This document shows positions 17,150 through 30,690 of a stretch of DNA of 64,000 nt, in pieces. Location: NCBI RefSeq assembly GCF_009914755.1, contig NC_060933.1. One strand, given 5' to 3'. The stretch's first letter is position 1. The number at the start of each line of letters is the position of its first letter. This stretch comes from the human T2T-CHM13v2.0 reference genome, Homo sapiens. The notes below the pieces were generated by a model. That model worked only from the letters and a program-made list of their open reading frames with translations, did no database searches and was not told the DNA's origin. The position numbers and the translations under genes are program-made.

Positions 17150-17240
17150 TCTCTGTGTTTCTATGGGTTTTGTGAGGATCAGTTGAGATAATGAATATAA
17201 AAGTAACTTGGAAACTGTGAATTGTTCTGCAAGTGTGTAT
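17150..17240 (+). mobile_element. MIR 3' fragment
   Basis: GGGTTTTGTGAGGATCAGTTGAGATAATG. Confidence 0.5.
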
Positions 17241-18044
17241 TGTTGGCGATGTTATATTCCAAATTTGAAGTCCTTCAAGAGTTAAGACTATTTCTCTGTC
17301 CATTACATTGCATTGCAGCTGTGTAAAAATATTTTCTTCATTTGGAAAGCACCCCTAAATCCCTTTTACAAGTTAGAAAAAAAGCACAACACATTTCCTT
17401 CACACCTCAAATATCACAGATGGAAAACTGTCATTTTGCCTCACTATTTCCTGTGCTAAAATGATAAAAAAAAATAATGTGGCAAATGGCTAATCTATGC
17501 CTTAAGAAAATTTAAAATTTTAACTATTTCTGCTTGTAAGTGACTATTTGTGAATGAATTAATTTTTGCCCAGTAACAATTTCTTAATGAATTGAATGTG
17601 CAAATGTCAATGAAAGTTTATCTACAATTAACAGCAAGACTTGGTGTGACTGATTTATGTAGTGCCTGTTCCTAAAGAAGTCAATGTGTAGTGTTCTGAA
17701 TGGAGAACCCACAGTCGACCCACAATAGTTTAGACTGATAATACAAACAGCTTGAAATTACATAATAATTTCTCATGTCATTTTCTGATATGTAAATCTA
17801 AAAGTAAACAAAGAAGTAAAAATATCCTTTTAAAGTTTTATGATGATTTTAGTATGACTACATGATCCATACGATCAATAATGCATAATCAATAATGCAG
17901 GCATGTAACTACAAACAAGACACCAAGGTAAATTTTAAAACTCTCTATTTCAGATATTAGAATTTATGAAATGCACATAAGTAATATTGGTTTCCAACTC
18001 TTCAGTAGATATCGATGTTTTTATTATTATAAGTAAATAATGAA

Positions 18045-18507
18045 ACAAGTTCAGTGCGCACTGGTTAGTAGCTTGTCTAAGTCCTGTGAGACAGAACACC
18101 CATGCACACAACAGGTTACATGAACTGGGCTTACTACTTACAGATAGACAGCAAGGGAGAATAAAAGCCTAGGATTCATTGCAAGCTGATACTCAAGGAT
18201 CAAGAAAGCTGCCCAAAGGGGATGGAGTCTCAAGTACGGGTGCCCTACTTGTACTACAGCTGAGGGACCATGGAAAGCAGTCTACTCTGGATTTTATGCA
18301 CCAGAGGTGACATTACTTGCTGGGATAAAGCATTGAAGAACATCCTGTTTCTTGGGAGGATAAAACAGAGCCCAGGCTGTTCCAGCAAGTTCCCTCTTAT
18401 CTCAAGGTGTTGCTTTCTTAGAACATTCTACAGTTATTCTTGAGAACTACAAGCAGAAAAGAGGGAGAAGTGATTTGGTCCCAGGCCACCTGGAGAACAA
18501 TAATGCA
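18045..18507 (-). mobile_element. ERVL solo LTR (MER70-like, family tentative)
   Basis: ACAGAGCCCAGGCTGTTCC..CATTCTACAGTTATTCTTGAGAACTACAAGC..GGCCACCTGGAGAAC. Confidence 0.6.
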
Positions 18508-19544
18508 TAAATATTATCATATCTTAGCTGGTTAATTCAAATTCAAAAACACTTCTGAAAAAATCATGAGCTATTTGAAGTTATTTTGTCTGCTAATTTT
18601 AATTGTGCTTTATTGTTCCTACTATCATCATTCAGTTCTGTTACTGGATGTGTCCACCAATCTTCTATTGCATCCCATGTTTTTTCAATAGTAGCTTTTG
18701 CTACCCTTAAAAAAGTGAAGTTGCAAAGTTATCCTGCCTGGGAATCTGCATCCATAGACTTGGTACTTCCAGCATGTGCAAAATAGCATGCAGGTTTTGG
18801 GAGGTCCATAGGTATCAGTTAGTAATGGAGTCCTACATCCAAGTACCAAAATTGGTATCACTGTAAAAAGATTTTCTTGTTAAATAAAATAGCAGTATAG
18901 ATTAATTTCTGCAAAATATAACTAAGATAAAATTATTTAAAATAACAATATAAAAGAAAATGAAGACAATATAAAATATGTAATTTTTCCAAATAAACAG
19001 TCATTCGTCATTTCTTAAAATCAATCCTGACTCATTAAAGACTGTCCAGACGTCATGACATTCTGGAATTTTGTGCTTTAGAGTACCTGATGACTTGCAG
19101 TGTAGCTTCTACTTGCTTGTCTAATAATGGGATAATTGCAGGAACTTAAAAGATAACATGGGGATTTTTCTCTAAGTGGTGGCCTTACCAAGGCAGAAAC
19201 TGAACCCTTAACCCTGATTCCTAATAAGCCCAGGAACCTAGATTCTTAAAAGCTGAGTTCTTCTTGGTAAAATGGACCTTCCAGATATGACTGTCTTTAT
19301 TTCCTTCTTTCTTTTTGCTCAAACTCTCTGTAGAGAGACAAACACAAGGTTTGGTAGACACTGGTGATATCCATATCTGTACCTTAGATTCTTTCCTTTT
19401 GGCGCACCAAACCTGTATCCAAATGGCCAGCTATAATTTATCAACTGTATAACACACAGGAACTGAAAATGTTTAAAAACAAACTCATGATAGTCCTCTA
19501 CCAAACCTCCATCTATTCTGATATTATGTTAGAAGTTTTAGGGT

Positions 19545-19710
19545 CACGGTAAATATCTCAATTTTTCAAACTTCAATATCCTCATTTGTAAAATGCTGAC
19601 AATTAATATTTTTCTCTTTATAGAGAATTATGAGGCTTAAATGGAATATGGATGTAAAGAGCTTAGCATAGTGCCTGGTACAGTGTTAGCTCTTAGTACG
19701 CATTACATAG
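19545..19710 (+). mobile_element. MIR SINE
   Basis: CCTCATTTGTAAAATG..TGTAAAGAGCTTAGCATAGTGCCTGGTACAG. Confidence 0.75.
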
Positions 19711-19969
19711 TGGAAATAGTGGTGGAGGTTGGTGATCTCCATATCTTCTATTTTTTTTTCAAATCGTTTTCTGCTTCTTTATTTGCTTCTGAATCTAGAA
19801 TGTGAACCCACATATACAAGAAACCTATTGTAGTCATCTTTATTCCTGGCATAGTGATTATCTGCTGTTTGTTGAATGGCTGGATTCATAAAAATTGCCT
19901 ACTTTTATTGTACTCTATAACCATACACATTTGATATCAAACTTCTTCTTTTATGCTCTTTATTTTGAG

Positions 19970-20125
19970 CTTGACAACTATCCTGTGAGTCAAGTAAAGC
20001 AGATATTACCATCTTCAATATCCAAGGAGAGAAGATGAGAGGTTAAGTGACTTGCCTAAGCTTACATAACAAGTAAATGGTGGGTGTTGAAAATAATTTC
20101 TGAATCTGAGTATATTATGTGTTCC
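19970..20125 (-). mobile_element. MIR SINE
   Basis: GAGAGGTTAAGTGACTTGCCTAAG..ACAAGTAAATGGTGG. Confidence 0.7.
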
Positions 20126-22167
20126 TCATAGCATTAAAAACACAATCATCTTTCTGCCAATTATACCTTTATTTAATTCAAATTGGATCTATATATAAGG
20201 ACATGAGAGAAACAGCTGGAACAGAAATAAGAGTGAGTGTACTTTTAGAAAGATACAGTTAATGATTTCCTCAATAATGATTTTATCTTAAGTCCAAATG
20301 GGCTGTGTTCGTCCATAAAAATTGGCTTGCCATGAAAACTGAGCTCCATACAAAGTGAAAAGACTGCCAAAGCCTTCTAGGTTGATGACTGATCTCCTTC
20401 AGAGCCAGTATAAATTATTTTAAGCTCCAAGAGCATGATTATATAATAATGTTCCCACTTGTCAAAGCTACATACATGTATGTCTCTCATAAAGGAAATT
20501 AAAAATGAGAGTTTTGAGTAGATCAGAGAATTTAGTAATCTGCCTCTGATTTTTTAATGTAACGATGCCCTCTGGGTTAGATGAGACTGACCTGGTTCTG
20601 GCCTGGTTCTGTGATGGGAAATGATTGGGCCTGAGAGAAGCTGAAAAGGGTTCAGTGGAACCCCCATGTACCCCTACCAAACACACCAAGTACAGAGAGG
20701 CAAGGAACTTGAATCTTTCCACAACAGGGAGTTCCAGGTAGCTCCATGTTCTGGCACGTATTCATGTTTTACTTTGGGTATATAGGAAGGATCAGAAGAG
20801 AGCAGATAGTTCATCTTTTCCAAAGAGCCTGTAACACATTCCTGGCATGGCTTCCACTGATAACTGTACCCAAGGGATGTATGCTGTCATCTTATGTTTG
20901 GAAATATATCAGAAAATAAATGTGCCAAGAGCTCACAGGGAAACCACAGATTATAGATTATAAAGTGGAAGATTGGAGCCTCTAGCAGGGTAGGCAAAAG
21001 ACCACCGCTGCAAACACAGTGGGGTGAATAACTTATAAACTGTAGATAATGGCAATGAGACAACAACAGAAATGAATATTGTTGAGCGATCTGATACGAA
21101 AGAAAAATAGCTTTCTCCTTTGATGAGGAAGGTTTAAAAGAATATTAGCACAAACCATTCTAATGAAATGGTGGGAGCTGTGAGAGCATATGTGTCTTCC
21201 TACCTTCTTTTTCAAATGATTTTCTTGTTGGAAGCACAAAGGAAAAAAAAAATGAATGTTGAAGCTTTGGGGAATTTCCATTAATATGACAGAGTGGATG
21301 CGCCCAGTGTCCCATGATCTTATTTTTTGACAAGTTTCTCTGAGACATGCAGTCATGTTGTCAGGTTACGCTTTTTAACAATGGAAAGCATTCCCATTTC
21401 CTTGCAAATGTCAAGCATATTGAAGAAGTAGATAGAGACCACTATCTGGTTCTAATGTGAATCCTTCCCATCCCACTTCCCTCCCATCACAGAAAAATCC
21501 TGCTGTTCCTTTTGGAGATGACAAGCTAGGATTGATTAGAGGGTGTGCACACTGATACATGAATGTGCAACAATTTAGACTACCCCGGTTCCATTTTCAC
21601 TTTCGTGTTTGAAGTTCAGACTTTGTATGGATTGAATGTAAATTAGAATAGGACACTCAGCTGATTGGAGTCCACACCTCTCATGCTGCATAACATTCTA
21701 TGGCTGGTCTCTGCATAGCCTTTTAATGTTTTTCTCTTACCCCACTCAGTTTATATTTAATTATCTTTACAATTAAAAGCTTTATTAAGTAAAAATACTT
21801 TGCACTTTCAGGGCAACCTGAAATCTTCACCTTTCTACTGCTCATTGTGAAATGGTAACATTTTTAAAACGTTGCCGTCATGTCATTTAGAATGAACTTA
21901 TGACTCCCTTGTGTTTCAAGGGTGTGGAAATACTTCTTCACAAACCTAGAAATTCTTTAGGAGGCTCTCCTTCATTTTTTGGCTGTCAAAAGACAGCCTA
22001 AAATACGTGGTCTTTTTTGTAACTGTCCACCATAGGACGGTAATGTAAAAAGGGGGCACAAATTGACTCAGAAAGAAGGAACCATATAAAGTACACTGTA
22101 CTGTGTCATACATTTATCGAATATGTTGTTTTCATAACTGTCATTCGATTGGGAAAAATATAAGGTT

Positions 22168-22631
22168 GTGTATTAGTCAGATTTTACTGGGTGAAGCTAT
22201 GGTAACAAAAAAATCCCCAAACTGTGGTGGCTTATAAAAACAAAGGCTATTCCTCACACATTACAAGCTCTTTATGGTACAACTGTGGTTGTGGTTCTGC
22301 TGGGTTCCTCAAGACATGTTTTCTTCAATCTGAGATCCACACAGAAGGATCAGCCTCTACCTGGTTGTACTATTCTCATGAAAGAGAGAAAAGAGCAAGA
22401 GTTTGAACAGAAACTCCTGATCCTCTTTAAGCTTCCGCTCTCCATTGGCCAACTACTTTGGCTCAGATTTCACTGGCCAGGAGCCCGGGCATTCCAGGCC
22501 TGATATCAGTGAGGTGCGAAAGTATAGCTCTCCACTGAAAGACTCTGTAAGTCACATGGCAACAAGCAGGTCATACAATCCTCTTATTGAATCAGGGTGC
22601 AGGTAATTGAAATAAATATAAAATCTACTAT
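22168..22631 (-). mobile_element. Old MLT1 MaLR LTR (I/J/K group)
   Basis: TGTGTATTAGTCAG..GGTAACAAAAAATCCCCAAACTGTGGTGGCTTA; terminal AATCTACTATA. Confidence 0.6.
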
Positions 22632-22669
22632 AGCCTCATACAAGAAAAAGATTATTCTTCATCCCAACT

Positions 22670-22810
22670 CTCTCTATATATACATAAAAGTATATAATAC
22701 ATATTCACTCTATATGTGTACATATATATGTGTGTATATGTATGTGTGTATGTATGTATGTACACATTGGATATGTATATGTCATATATATACACACACA
22801 TATATGTATA
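22670..22810. repeat. Low-complexity (TA/TG/TATG)n tract
   Basis: Read directly. Confidence 0.85.
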
Positions 22811-23164
22811 ATTTTCTCTTCTAATTAGTCTTCTTCTACAAACAGAAGTAATACAGTTTTATTGCCACTATACCTTCAAGCTATATTATAATTGTTTATT
22901 AAATATTTATTTGAGTGCTTATAAGATGCTAAACAAAAAGTGTGCACAGGAAAACAGCATGATTCCTACTTGGGGTGAAGAAGGAAGAAAACTATTCTAA
23001 TACTTTATAGAAGCTACACGGTATATTGAAAATGTTAGAGTCATGGGAAGAGAAAGTTTAGGTCATGTATTTTGCTAGGAACAATGAGAAAATGCAGACA
23101 AAACTAAGGTGAACCCCTTCACCATTCCCAGGACTACTGTGCAGTCAACATTTACCTAACGGAT

Positions 23165-26120
23165 GAATCAGTTAGCTTTTGTTGCATGATAAACTATCCC
23201 CAAACAGTGATGTAAAACAGCAGCAGTTGATTTAGATAATGACCCAGCGGGTTGACTGAGCCGTTCTTCTGGTCCGAGCTGACTTACCTGCTCTTGGCTG
23301 TACTTGCTCCTGCATATGTGGTCAGCTGGTTGTTCAGTAGCCAGCTAGGTGATCTAGGATGGTCTTACCCACATAACTGTGGTTGGACAGGGTGTCAGGA
23401 GCAACTGAGCACATGAAGCTTAGCATTCAGCTGGCAAGCCTGAGTGCCTTAGTTTGTTTTCTGTTGCTAAAACAGAATACCACAGACTGGGTAATTATAA
23501 AGAAAATAAATGCATTTCTCATAGTTCTGGAGGCTGGGATGTCCAAAAGCATGGTGTCAGCATCTGGCAAGAGTCTGCATGCTGTGTCATCCCAGGGCAG
23601 AAGGTGGAAGGGCAAGAGAGGGCAAGATTGAGACAGTGAGAGGATGGAGACTGAATTCATCCTTTTATCTGGAACCCACTCCCTTTATAACTAACTCACT
23701 CCTGAAATAATGGCATTTTTATCTATCCATCATGGCAGGGCCTTCATAACCTAATCACGTCTTAAGGGTTTCACCTCTTAATACTGTTACAATGGCAATG
23801 GCATTTTAACATGAGTTTTGCATAGCATTCCACCCCTGGCCCTCCAAAATTCATGTCCTTCTCGCATAGAAAATACATACATTTTATTTCAATAGCCCCA
23901 AAAATATTAACTCATTTCAACATCAGCTCAAAATTCCAGAGTCCAGAGCCTAATCTAAATCAGATATGGGTGAAAATCAAGGTACAATTCATCCTGAGGG
24001 AAATTCCTCTCCAGCCGTGAGCCTGTAAAACCAAGATAAATGATGTTCTTCCAAAATAGAATGCTGGATAAGGCATAAGATAGATATTTCTACCCCAAAA
24101 CGGAAAAATAGGCAAGAAGGGTCTCAAGTAAGTCCAAAATCCAAGAGGGGAAACAATGTTAAATCTTACAGCTGGAGGATAATCTCCGTTGACTCCATAT
24201 CCTTAACCCTGGGCATCCCGGGGTGAGGATTGGGCCCTCAAGACTTCAGGTAGTGCTACCTCTATGGCTTTGCTGGCTGAGTCCATCCATCAATTCTCAC
24301 AGGTTAAAGTTTCATGCCTACAGCTTTTTTACTCCCATGGTTCAACTAAGCATTGCTCTTGCAGGGACTCTCTATAGGGGCCCAAATCCTGCATTTCTGT
24401 TTGGTACTGCCTTAGTAGGGGTTCTTTGCAGTGGCCCTGCTGCTAGAACAAGTCTCTGTCTTGGCCCACAGGCTGTTTGCAAAATTCTTTCAAATGTAGG
24501 TGGAGAGAGCCATGTCTCCACAGCTCTTGCATTCCATGTTCCTGCAGAATTACCACCATGTTGATGCTGCCAAGATTTGTGGCTTGTACCTTTTAGACCA
24601 ATGGGTTAAGCTGCATCTGGGTCTGCTTCAGCCATGACTAAAGTGGCCAAGTGTTGTTTTGTTTTTTGTTTTTTGGGGTTTTTTTTGTTTGTTTGTTTTA
24701 TGATTTTTTTTTTTGACTGTAGAATGCAGAGACCTGAAGCAGTTCTGGGCAGAGACTCCATGGAAGATGTGCTAGGTTCCCCAAAACCATTTTGCCCTCC
24801 CAGAGCTCTGGGTTTGTGATGGGAAAGGCAGCCTTAAAGATGTTAGAAATGCCTTTAGCATCATTCTGTAACAGTCTTGATGATCTCTTCTAATCCTAAT
24901 CATCTCCTAGTAAACCACAACTTGGCCACATCCTTGGTTTGCTCTCCTAAACAGGTGTTTTTCATACTTTAAATGGCCAGGCTGCAATTTTTCAAAATAT
25001 TTTTATTCTGCTTCTCTTTTAATTAGAAATTTTGCCTTTAAGTCACTTTTCCTTTTGCATCTTACTGTATGCAGTTAAAAGTAGCCACACATAAACCTGA
25101 TGCTTTCCTGCTTAGATATTTCTTATGCCAGATATCCTAGTACATCACTTTTTAACTTGTGCATTTTATAAAGTCCCAGAACACAAACACAATTCCATCA
25201 GTTCTTGCCAATTGTATAAGAAGGATGGTCTTTACTCCAGTTTCCAATACCTGGTTCCTCAGTTCTGTCTTAGACCTCATCAAAATGGTCTCTACTTCCC
25301 ATATTTCTACCAACATTCTGGTTATAACTATTTGAGTAATCTCTAAGAATATTCAGGTTTTTCCCTATAGCTCTGCTCTTCTTCTAAGCTTTCACCAGGT
25401 TTGCTTATAATGCTCCTTTTATGGCAATATAGGCATTTTCTAGCCTTCTCCTCCGAATTCTTCTAGCTTCTATTAATTATCTAGTTCCAAACCAAAGCCA
25501 TTTCCATATTTTTAGGTATCTGTTATAGCAATAGTTCCATTTGTTGGTACCAATTTTCTTTCTTAGTCAGTTTTCTGCTGTTAGAACAGAACATCCCAAA
25601 CTGGGTAATTTATAAAGAAAAGAAATTTATTTCTCACAGTTCTGGAGGCTGGGAAGTCCAAAAGCATGGTGTCAACATCTGGCAAGGAACTTTGTGTTTC
25701 ATCACCTCATGATGGAAGATGTAAAGGCAAATGTGAAACAGAGGAGGGAGGGGCAAACTTTATCCTTTTATCAGGAACCCATAATTGCAATAACTAAGCC
25801 ACTCCCTCAATAACACCATTAATCACCTCACATCTTAAATACTACATCTCTTAATATTGTCACAACGGCAATTAAATTTCAACATGAGTTTTGAAGGGGA
25901 CATTTAAACCACAGCATTGAGTTTGTTCACATTGTGTTATCCAGGAACATCAAGAGAATAAGCTTTAAATCTTCTTGAAACTTAAGCGGAGAACTCACAT
26001 GACACCTTCCACATCACATTGGTCAAAGCAAGGTGTCAGGTCAGCTTTGGGAAGTCCCAATGGAGGGAATCCCCAGATTCAAGGGAAGCAAAACGGTGTG
26101 GTATTTTTCTTAATTTACCA
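23165..26120 (-). mobile_element. MLT1H-like LTR split by the MST provirus (23165-23444 and 25917-26120)
   Basis: TCAGTTAGCTTTTGTTGCATGATAAACTATCCCCAAA on the left; TTGGTCAAAGCAAG..CCCAGATTCAAGGG on the right. Confidence 0.55.
23445..25916 (-). mobile_element. Complete MST-family MaLR provirus (MSTC/MSTD-like): LTR 23445-23828, internal region, LTR about 25559-25916
   Basis: Two homologous LTRs, MaLR internal sequence and a 5-bp TSD CTGAG/TTGAG. Confidence 0.9.
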
Positions 26121-26831
26121 CTACTGAGAACATTAGCCTCACTTTATCCTGTCCCTAGATTAAAATACAATTAAAATTCCAATTGTCTTTTAGTGATCAA
26201 GGAAATTAAACTTTCTCTTCCTATACTCATCCTCATCTGTGTTTCCATTATATTCTTGTCAGACAGAAGCCTTACCACCATTTCTAAAATGAAAATTCTC
26301 AGCCAAAACAAAGCATGATTTTGGTTTTAAAGTAACCATTCCCACAAAGCTAAGATTTGAATTTTTAAGTTCTAACTGGCCTGTTCCATAAAAAGGAAAA
26401 ATCTATTTTGTCTTGGTTCTTCCTCTTAGTATCCCTGCTTTTCAAGAACATAATTATACTTCATTCTTTTGTTGACAAGCTTTGGACATTAACTTGCAAA
26501 CTCAAGAATGTAATTATCCTTCATTCTTCAGCTTGCAAGTTAACAATCCAATGTTTTAAGTTATGAATGCATGGATTTTCTTTAGAGACTTATGAAAAGA
26601 GAGTTAAGTTTGCAACATAGTAGTTCCCATTCATACTCACTGTGCATCTGAGTATAAATAATCCTGTTAAGAAATGTTGAAGGTGAGTGTGTGTATTTGT
26701 TTCTGTGTGTTTGTGTGTGTGTGCATAGAAGGACAGGGCAGGCTAAGTTATGCTGTCCTGTGTTCAGAGAGGAGTAATAAATAAATCCAGAGAAAGCTAA
26801 CTTGTGAGAAGCAAAAGCAGAGAGATTTTTC

Positions 26832-27141
<310 letters not shown>

Positions 27142-27349
27142 GCAGAGAAATTTTTCAAAGGATACATCTGCACTACTTCCTGCCCCATTCCTGCAGCTGC
27201 TCCATTGCTGGAAGAGCAAATGAAAATTCCCAAAGGCCCCTATATAAATCCCTTTCATTCTGGGGTCATCCATCAGTCTCTGCAACCCAGGAGAAGCCAC
27301 CACTGGCTGCTCGCTGTGTGCTTCTGTTTATATGAGTTTTTATCCTGTT

Positions 27350-28450
27350 GCTGAGAACCCTGTCAGATGACGAGCAAGCCACATTTACCTGTAACAGCCT
27401 TACACTAGCTTGTGATGCCTAATCTCTTTTATTGATCCTACTTGCTGGTTTCTGGAGACCATCAATTTTCCTGGCTGTCAGTCTGTGGCCTTGCCTCCTT
27501 AATGTTTATTTAGACCAGCCTCCATAAATTGCTTCTGGTACGAAGGGTGAGGAAGGCAGCAGGAGGTCAGGGGTGCGTGTATACCTGTCCATAAATATAA
27601 ATCACAGCTTTTGTTCTTTGCTGTTGTTTGTGAACACTGTTTGCGAGGTGAATAAAAAACGGAAGTATTCCACTAAAACGTGGGAAGCCATTACAATTTC
27701 CCCTGTGACTGTCTTTTTTTTTTTGTTTATTGCAGTCTAGGTTTTCAATTTTCTGTATCTTAATGGTACCTCTTGTTGTCTACTCAAACATGTAATGTTT
27801 CTTTTTGTTAAAGTGGAGGAAGAAAAGAGCGAAGGCATTGCTTGTTTGCCAGCACAGAGCTGTACTTTGAATGCAGGTGGGTTGGTTTCTCCTTCCCCCC
27901 GACCCAAATTGCTTTTTGTCAACACAAGCATGTATATTCATCAATTTCAGTCTTCCAGAAAAGAGAAAGACTTTTCTCAGTGCTGGAGTTGACAGCACCT
28001 TGCTGAACAATTGAACCAGCACTTCTCTTCATTATGAAGCTTATAGAACTATCTATTTAGACAAAGTCCATGGCTGTAGTGGAATAGAACTTTTAAGGTG
28101 TGTGGCAGCTCACTGTCAGCACTGTTCTAATAGGGGGTTGAAGGGTGCAATGCAGAGTGCTACTGTACTCGCGATGCCACTGACAAGACCGACTGAACAC
28201 AAGACAAAATGGAAAATAGTCGCAAGCAGGTGGCTGCTCTGTTATAAATAATTCAAGGGCAAGTCCTGCAAAATCCAAGGGAAAAGCCCCACAGCTCATT
28301 ATAACAGTGAGTTGGTAGACTGCTAGATCCTTAAATCACTGGAAAATGTTTTGCAACAGCTAAGAATTTTTTCTCCTCTGCAGTAGTAGATATCATAGTC
28401 ACTATGAGGTGACAAGTGGTTCCCCTGAGGCCAGGAGGACAGCAATCAAT
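27350..28450. promoter_or_regulatory. Candidate enhancer: repeat-free island with MEIS/TGIF, HOX/CDX and ETS motifs
   Basis: TGACAG/CTGTCA x4, CCATAAA x2, CGGAAGT; motif evidence only. Confidence 0.35.
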
Positions 28451-28892
28451 AGAGGAGGGTAGCCTGGGCCACGACTCTCTCAGTTGATACAGAAGCATTG
28501 TGTACAGATACAATGCTCAGAATAAATCATCAGGAAAAAGAGAAGCCTCTTCAAGACAGGAAAAGAAGTACCTTCCAGAAAACATCTTATGGAACAGTTA
28601 GTTTGATTTAGTTGTCTCTGTTTTAACTTAGCTTTTTCATATTAGTTAATAGTCCGGGTCCGCTCTACTTATATAGCCTTGCTTCCAGATCCTTCCCTAA
28701 GAATGCTTCTGTTTTCTCACTTTATCACCTGTAGCCCTCACGTGGGCTCCACAATTTTATGTGCTCTTCTCATTTTCTACCTTTCAAATCTTTTATTAAT
28801 TTTTATTATTAATGCAGATGTCTTTCCATTCTTCGGAAATCTTACAGCACATTTAGTGCATACCAGAGTATGGTTACTTATATTTGGTGCCT

Positions 28893-29165
28893 GCATCAGC
28901 AAAGACAAGCTCATTCTCCCTGCAGTAACAGATAAACCCCATATCACAGTTCTTAAACAAATAAAGACATATTTCTTGCTCACAGAACAGTGTGAATCTG
29001 GACCTCTCCCTAGCAGCTTCCTTTCTAGCAGTGGCTCAAGGACCCAGGCTCCTTCTGGCTTACAGTGATATACACAGCCTACCCAACAGGTACAGAGAAG
29101 AGAGAGTATGGACTATCACACAGTGGTTTTATAACTAGATCTGAAGACAGCACATTTCTACTTTA
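28893..29165 (-). mobile_element. MLT1K/L-like LTR fragment
   Basis: TGCAGTAACAGATAAACCCCATATCACAG..TATTTCTTGCTCAC..CTCAAGGACCCAGGCT. Confidence 0.55.
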
Positions 29166-29209
29166 GAAAATAATTCTTTTTAAATATTTGGCTATTTCTT
29201 TAATCTGAA

Positions 29210-30480
29210 ATAATTGTGCCCCTAACCCATCAACTCTCAGATAAATTCCAAGTTTATCAATGATCCACACATAAAAACTTCAGAATTATAAAATATTAGA
29301 GGAATATTGCTTTTTGAATAGGAAAGTCTTTTTGAGGCAATGCAAACAAAGCCAGAAGTTATAAGAGAAAAGACTGATAGATTGACTACCCCAAAATTTT
29401 GGAAATCAATTAGGTAAAGTCACCACAATTAAGGTTAAAAAAAATGGCACATGAGAAGAGAATACGGGTAATATATAACACATATGAAACATTAATATTG
29501 CTTAAATAAAAAGAGCTCTTACAAATCGGTAAAGTACCAAACAGACTAATGGAAAAAAATGCACAAAAGTCACAACTTAGCCAGTCAAATAAGAAGAATC
29601 AACAAAAATAGAAAAATATGCCTAATATTTCTATTGTTTAGGATGGTGCAAATTAAAATAGTAATGAGATATACATTTTTTACTTTATACCATATACCAT
29701 CAAAAGTTTAAAAATAATATGGCTGCTAAGATTATGTGAAAAAGGCTCTGGGACATGCAATTGATAAGGTTGTAAATCCAAACAAGCTTTTTTTTTTTTT
29801 TTTTTTTTTTTGAGACGGAGTCTCGCTCTGTCGCCCAGGCCAGACTGCGGACTGCAGTGGCGCAATCTCTCCTGCCTCAGCCTCCCGAGTAGCTGGGACT
29901 ACAGGCGCCCGCCACCGCGCCCGGCTAATTTTTTGTATTTTTAGTAGAGACGGGGTTTCACCTTGTTAGCCAGGATGGTCTCGATCTCCTGACCTCATGA
30001 TCCACCCGCCTCGGCCTCCCAAAGTGCTGGGATTACAGGCGTGAACCACCGCGCCCGGCCCAAACAAGCTTTTAAAAGTGTAATTTGGTAGTGACAATCC
30101 AAATTAAAGTGTACATATCTGTCAAGCCATCAATCCAGCCTCTAGGAATCTATTTTACTGTAACTCATGCACAAATGGTACATGATGACACGCAATGATC
30201 ACAGCTTCATGTCATAGCCAGAAAAAAAAAAAGGGAGAAAACCTACAGGAAATGTCAAATAATTATAGTATTTCTATACTATAGGGTACTATGCAATACT
30301 AAACAATTTATATAGACCCATTTGCACTGATGTAATAGAATGTCCGTGAATATTACTGGATAAGAAAGTAAAAGATTCTGAGGAAAAAAAGCACGTATAA
30401 AAAAAAAGTCAGTAAAATAATTTGTGTAGGGTAGTTTGTGTATATAGGGAAAAATCTGGTAGGATAAATACTAAATTGGT
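29210..30480 (+). mobile_element. Highly degenerate L1ME-type ORF2 end and 3'UTR (host of the AluYb8)
   Basis: TGCAAATTAAAATAGTAATGAGATATACATTT, CCTCTAGGAATCTATT. Confidence 0.6.
29788..30060 (-). mobile_element. AluYb8 with a 39-bp right-arm deletion
   Basis: Yb8 diagnostics (GGGTGGATCATGAGG, AACAAGGTG, 7-bp duplication GCAGTCCGCAGTC); 24-nt pure tail; TSD CAAACAAGCTTTT at 29779-29791 and 30061-30073. Confidence 0.97.
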
Positions 30481-30520
30481 CTTGGGCCTTACAATCCAGC
30501 AGAGGATTGAGGTGGCCGTA

Positions 30521-30541
30521 CTGCTGCTGCTGCTGCTGCTG
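30521..30541. repeat. (CTG)7 trinucleotide repeat
   Basis: Read directly. Confidence 0.95.
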
Positions 30542-30569
30542 TTACTGCCACAGCCACTACCCCTGCTGG

Positions 30570-30690
30570 CTCACATGTGCCAGTGAGGCTCTACATCGTC
30601 TACCTGTTAACTCATCTAATTCCCATACCATTTCTATTTCACAGATGAAGACACTGAGGGCTGAAGGGTATTAATACTCTGGCACAACAA
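30570..30690 (-). mobile_element. MIR fragment
   Basis: ATTTCACAGATGAAGACACTGAGG core. Confidence 0.55.

Noticed and set aside
21269-21279. Perfect NF-kB-like sites (also 31895-31905)
   Set aside because: Isolated 10-11-mers are expected by chance in 64 kb and have no supporting context.
30521-30541. (CTG)7 as an expansion-prone locus
   Set aside because: Short, non-coding and adjacent to a MIR tail.
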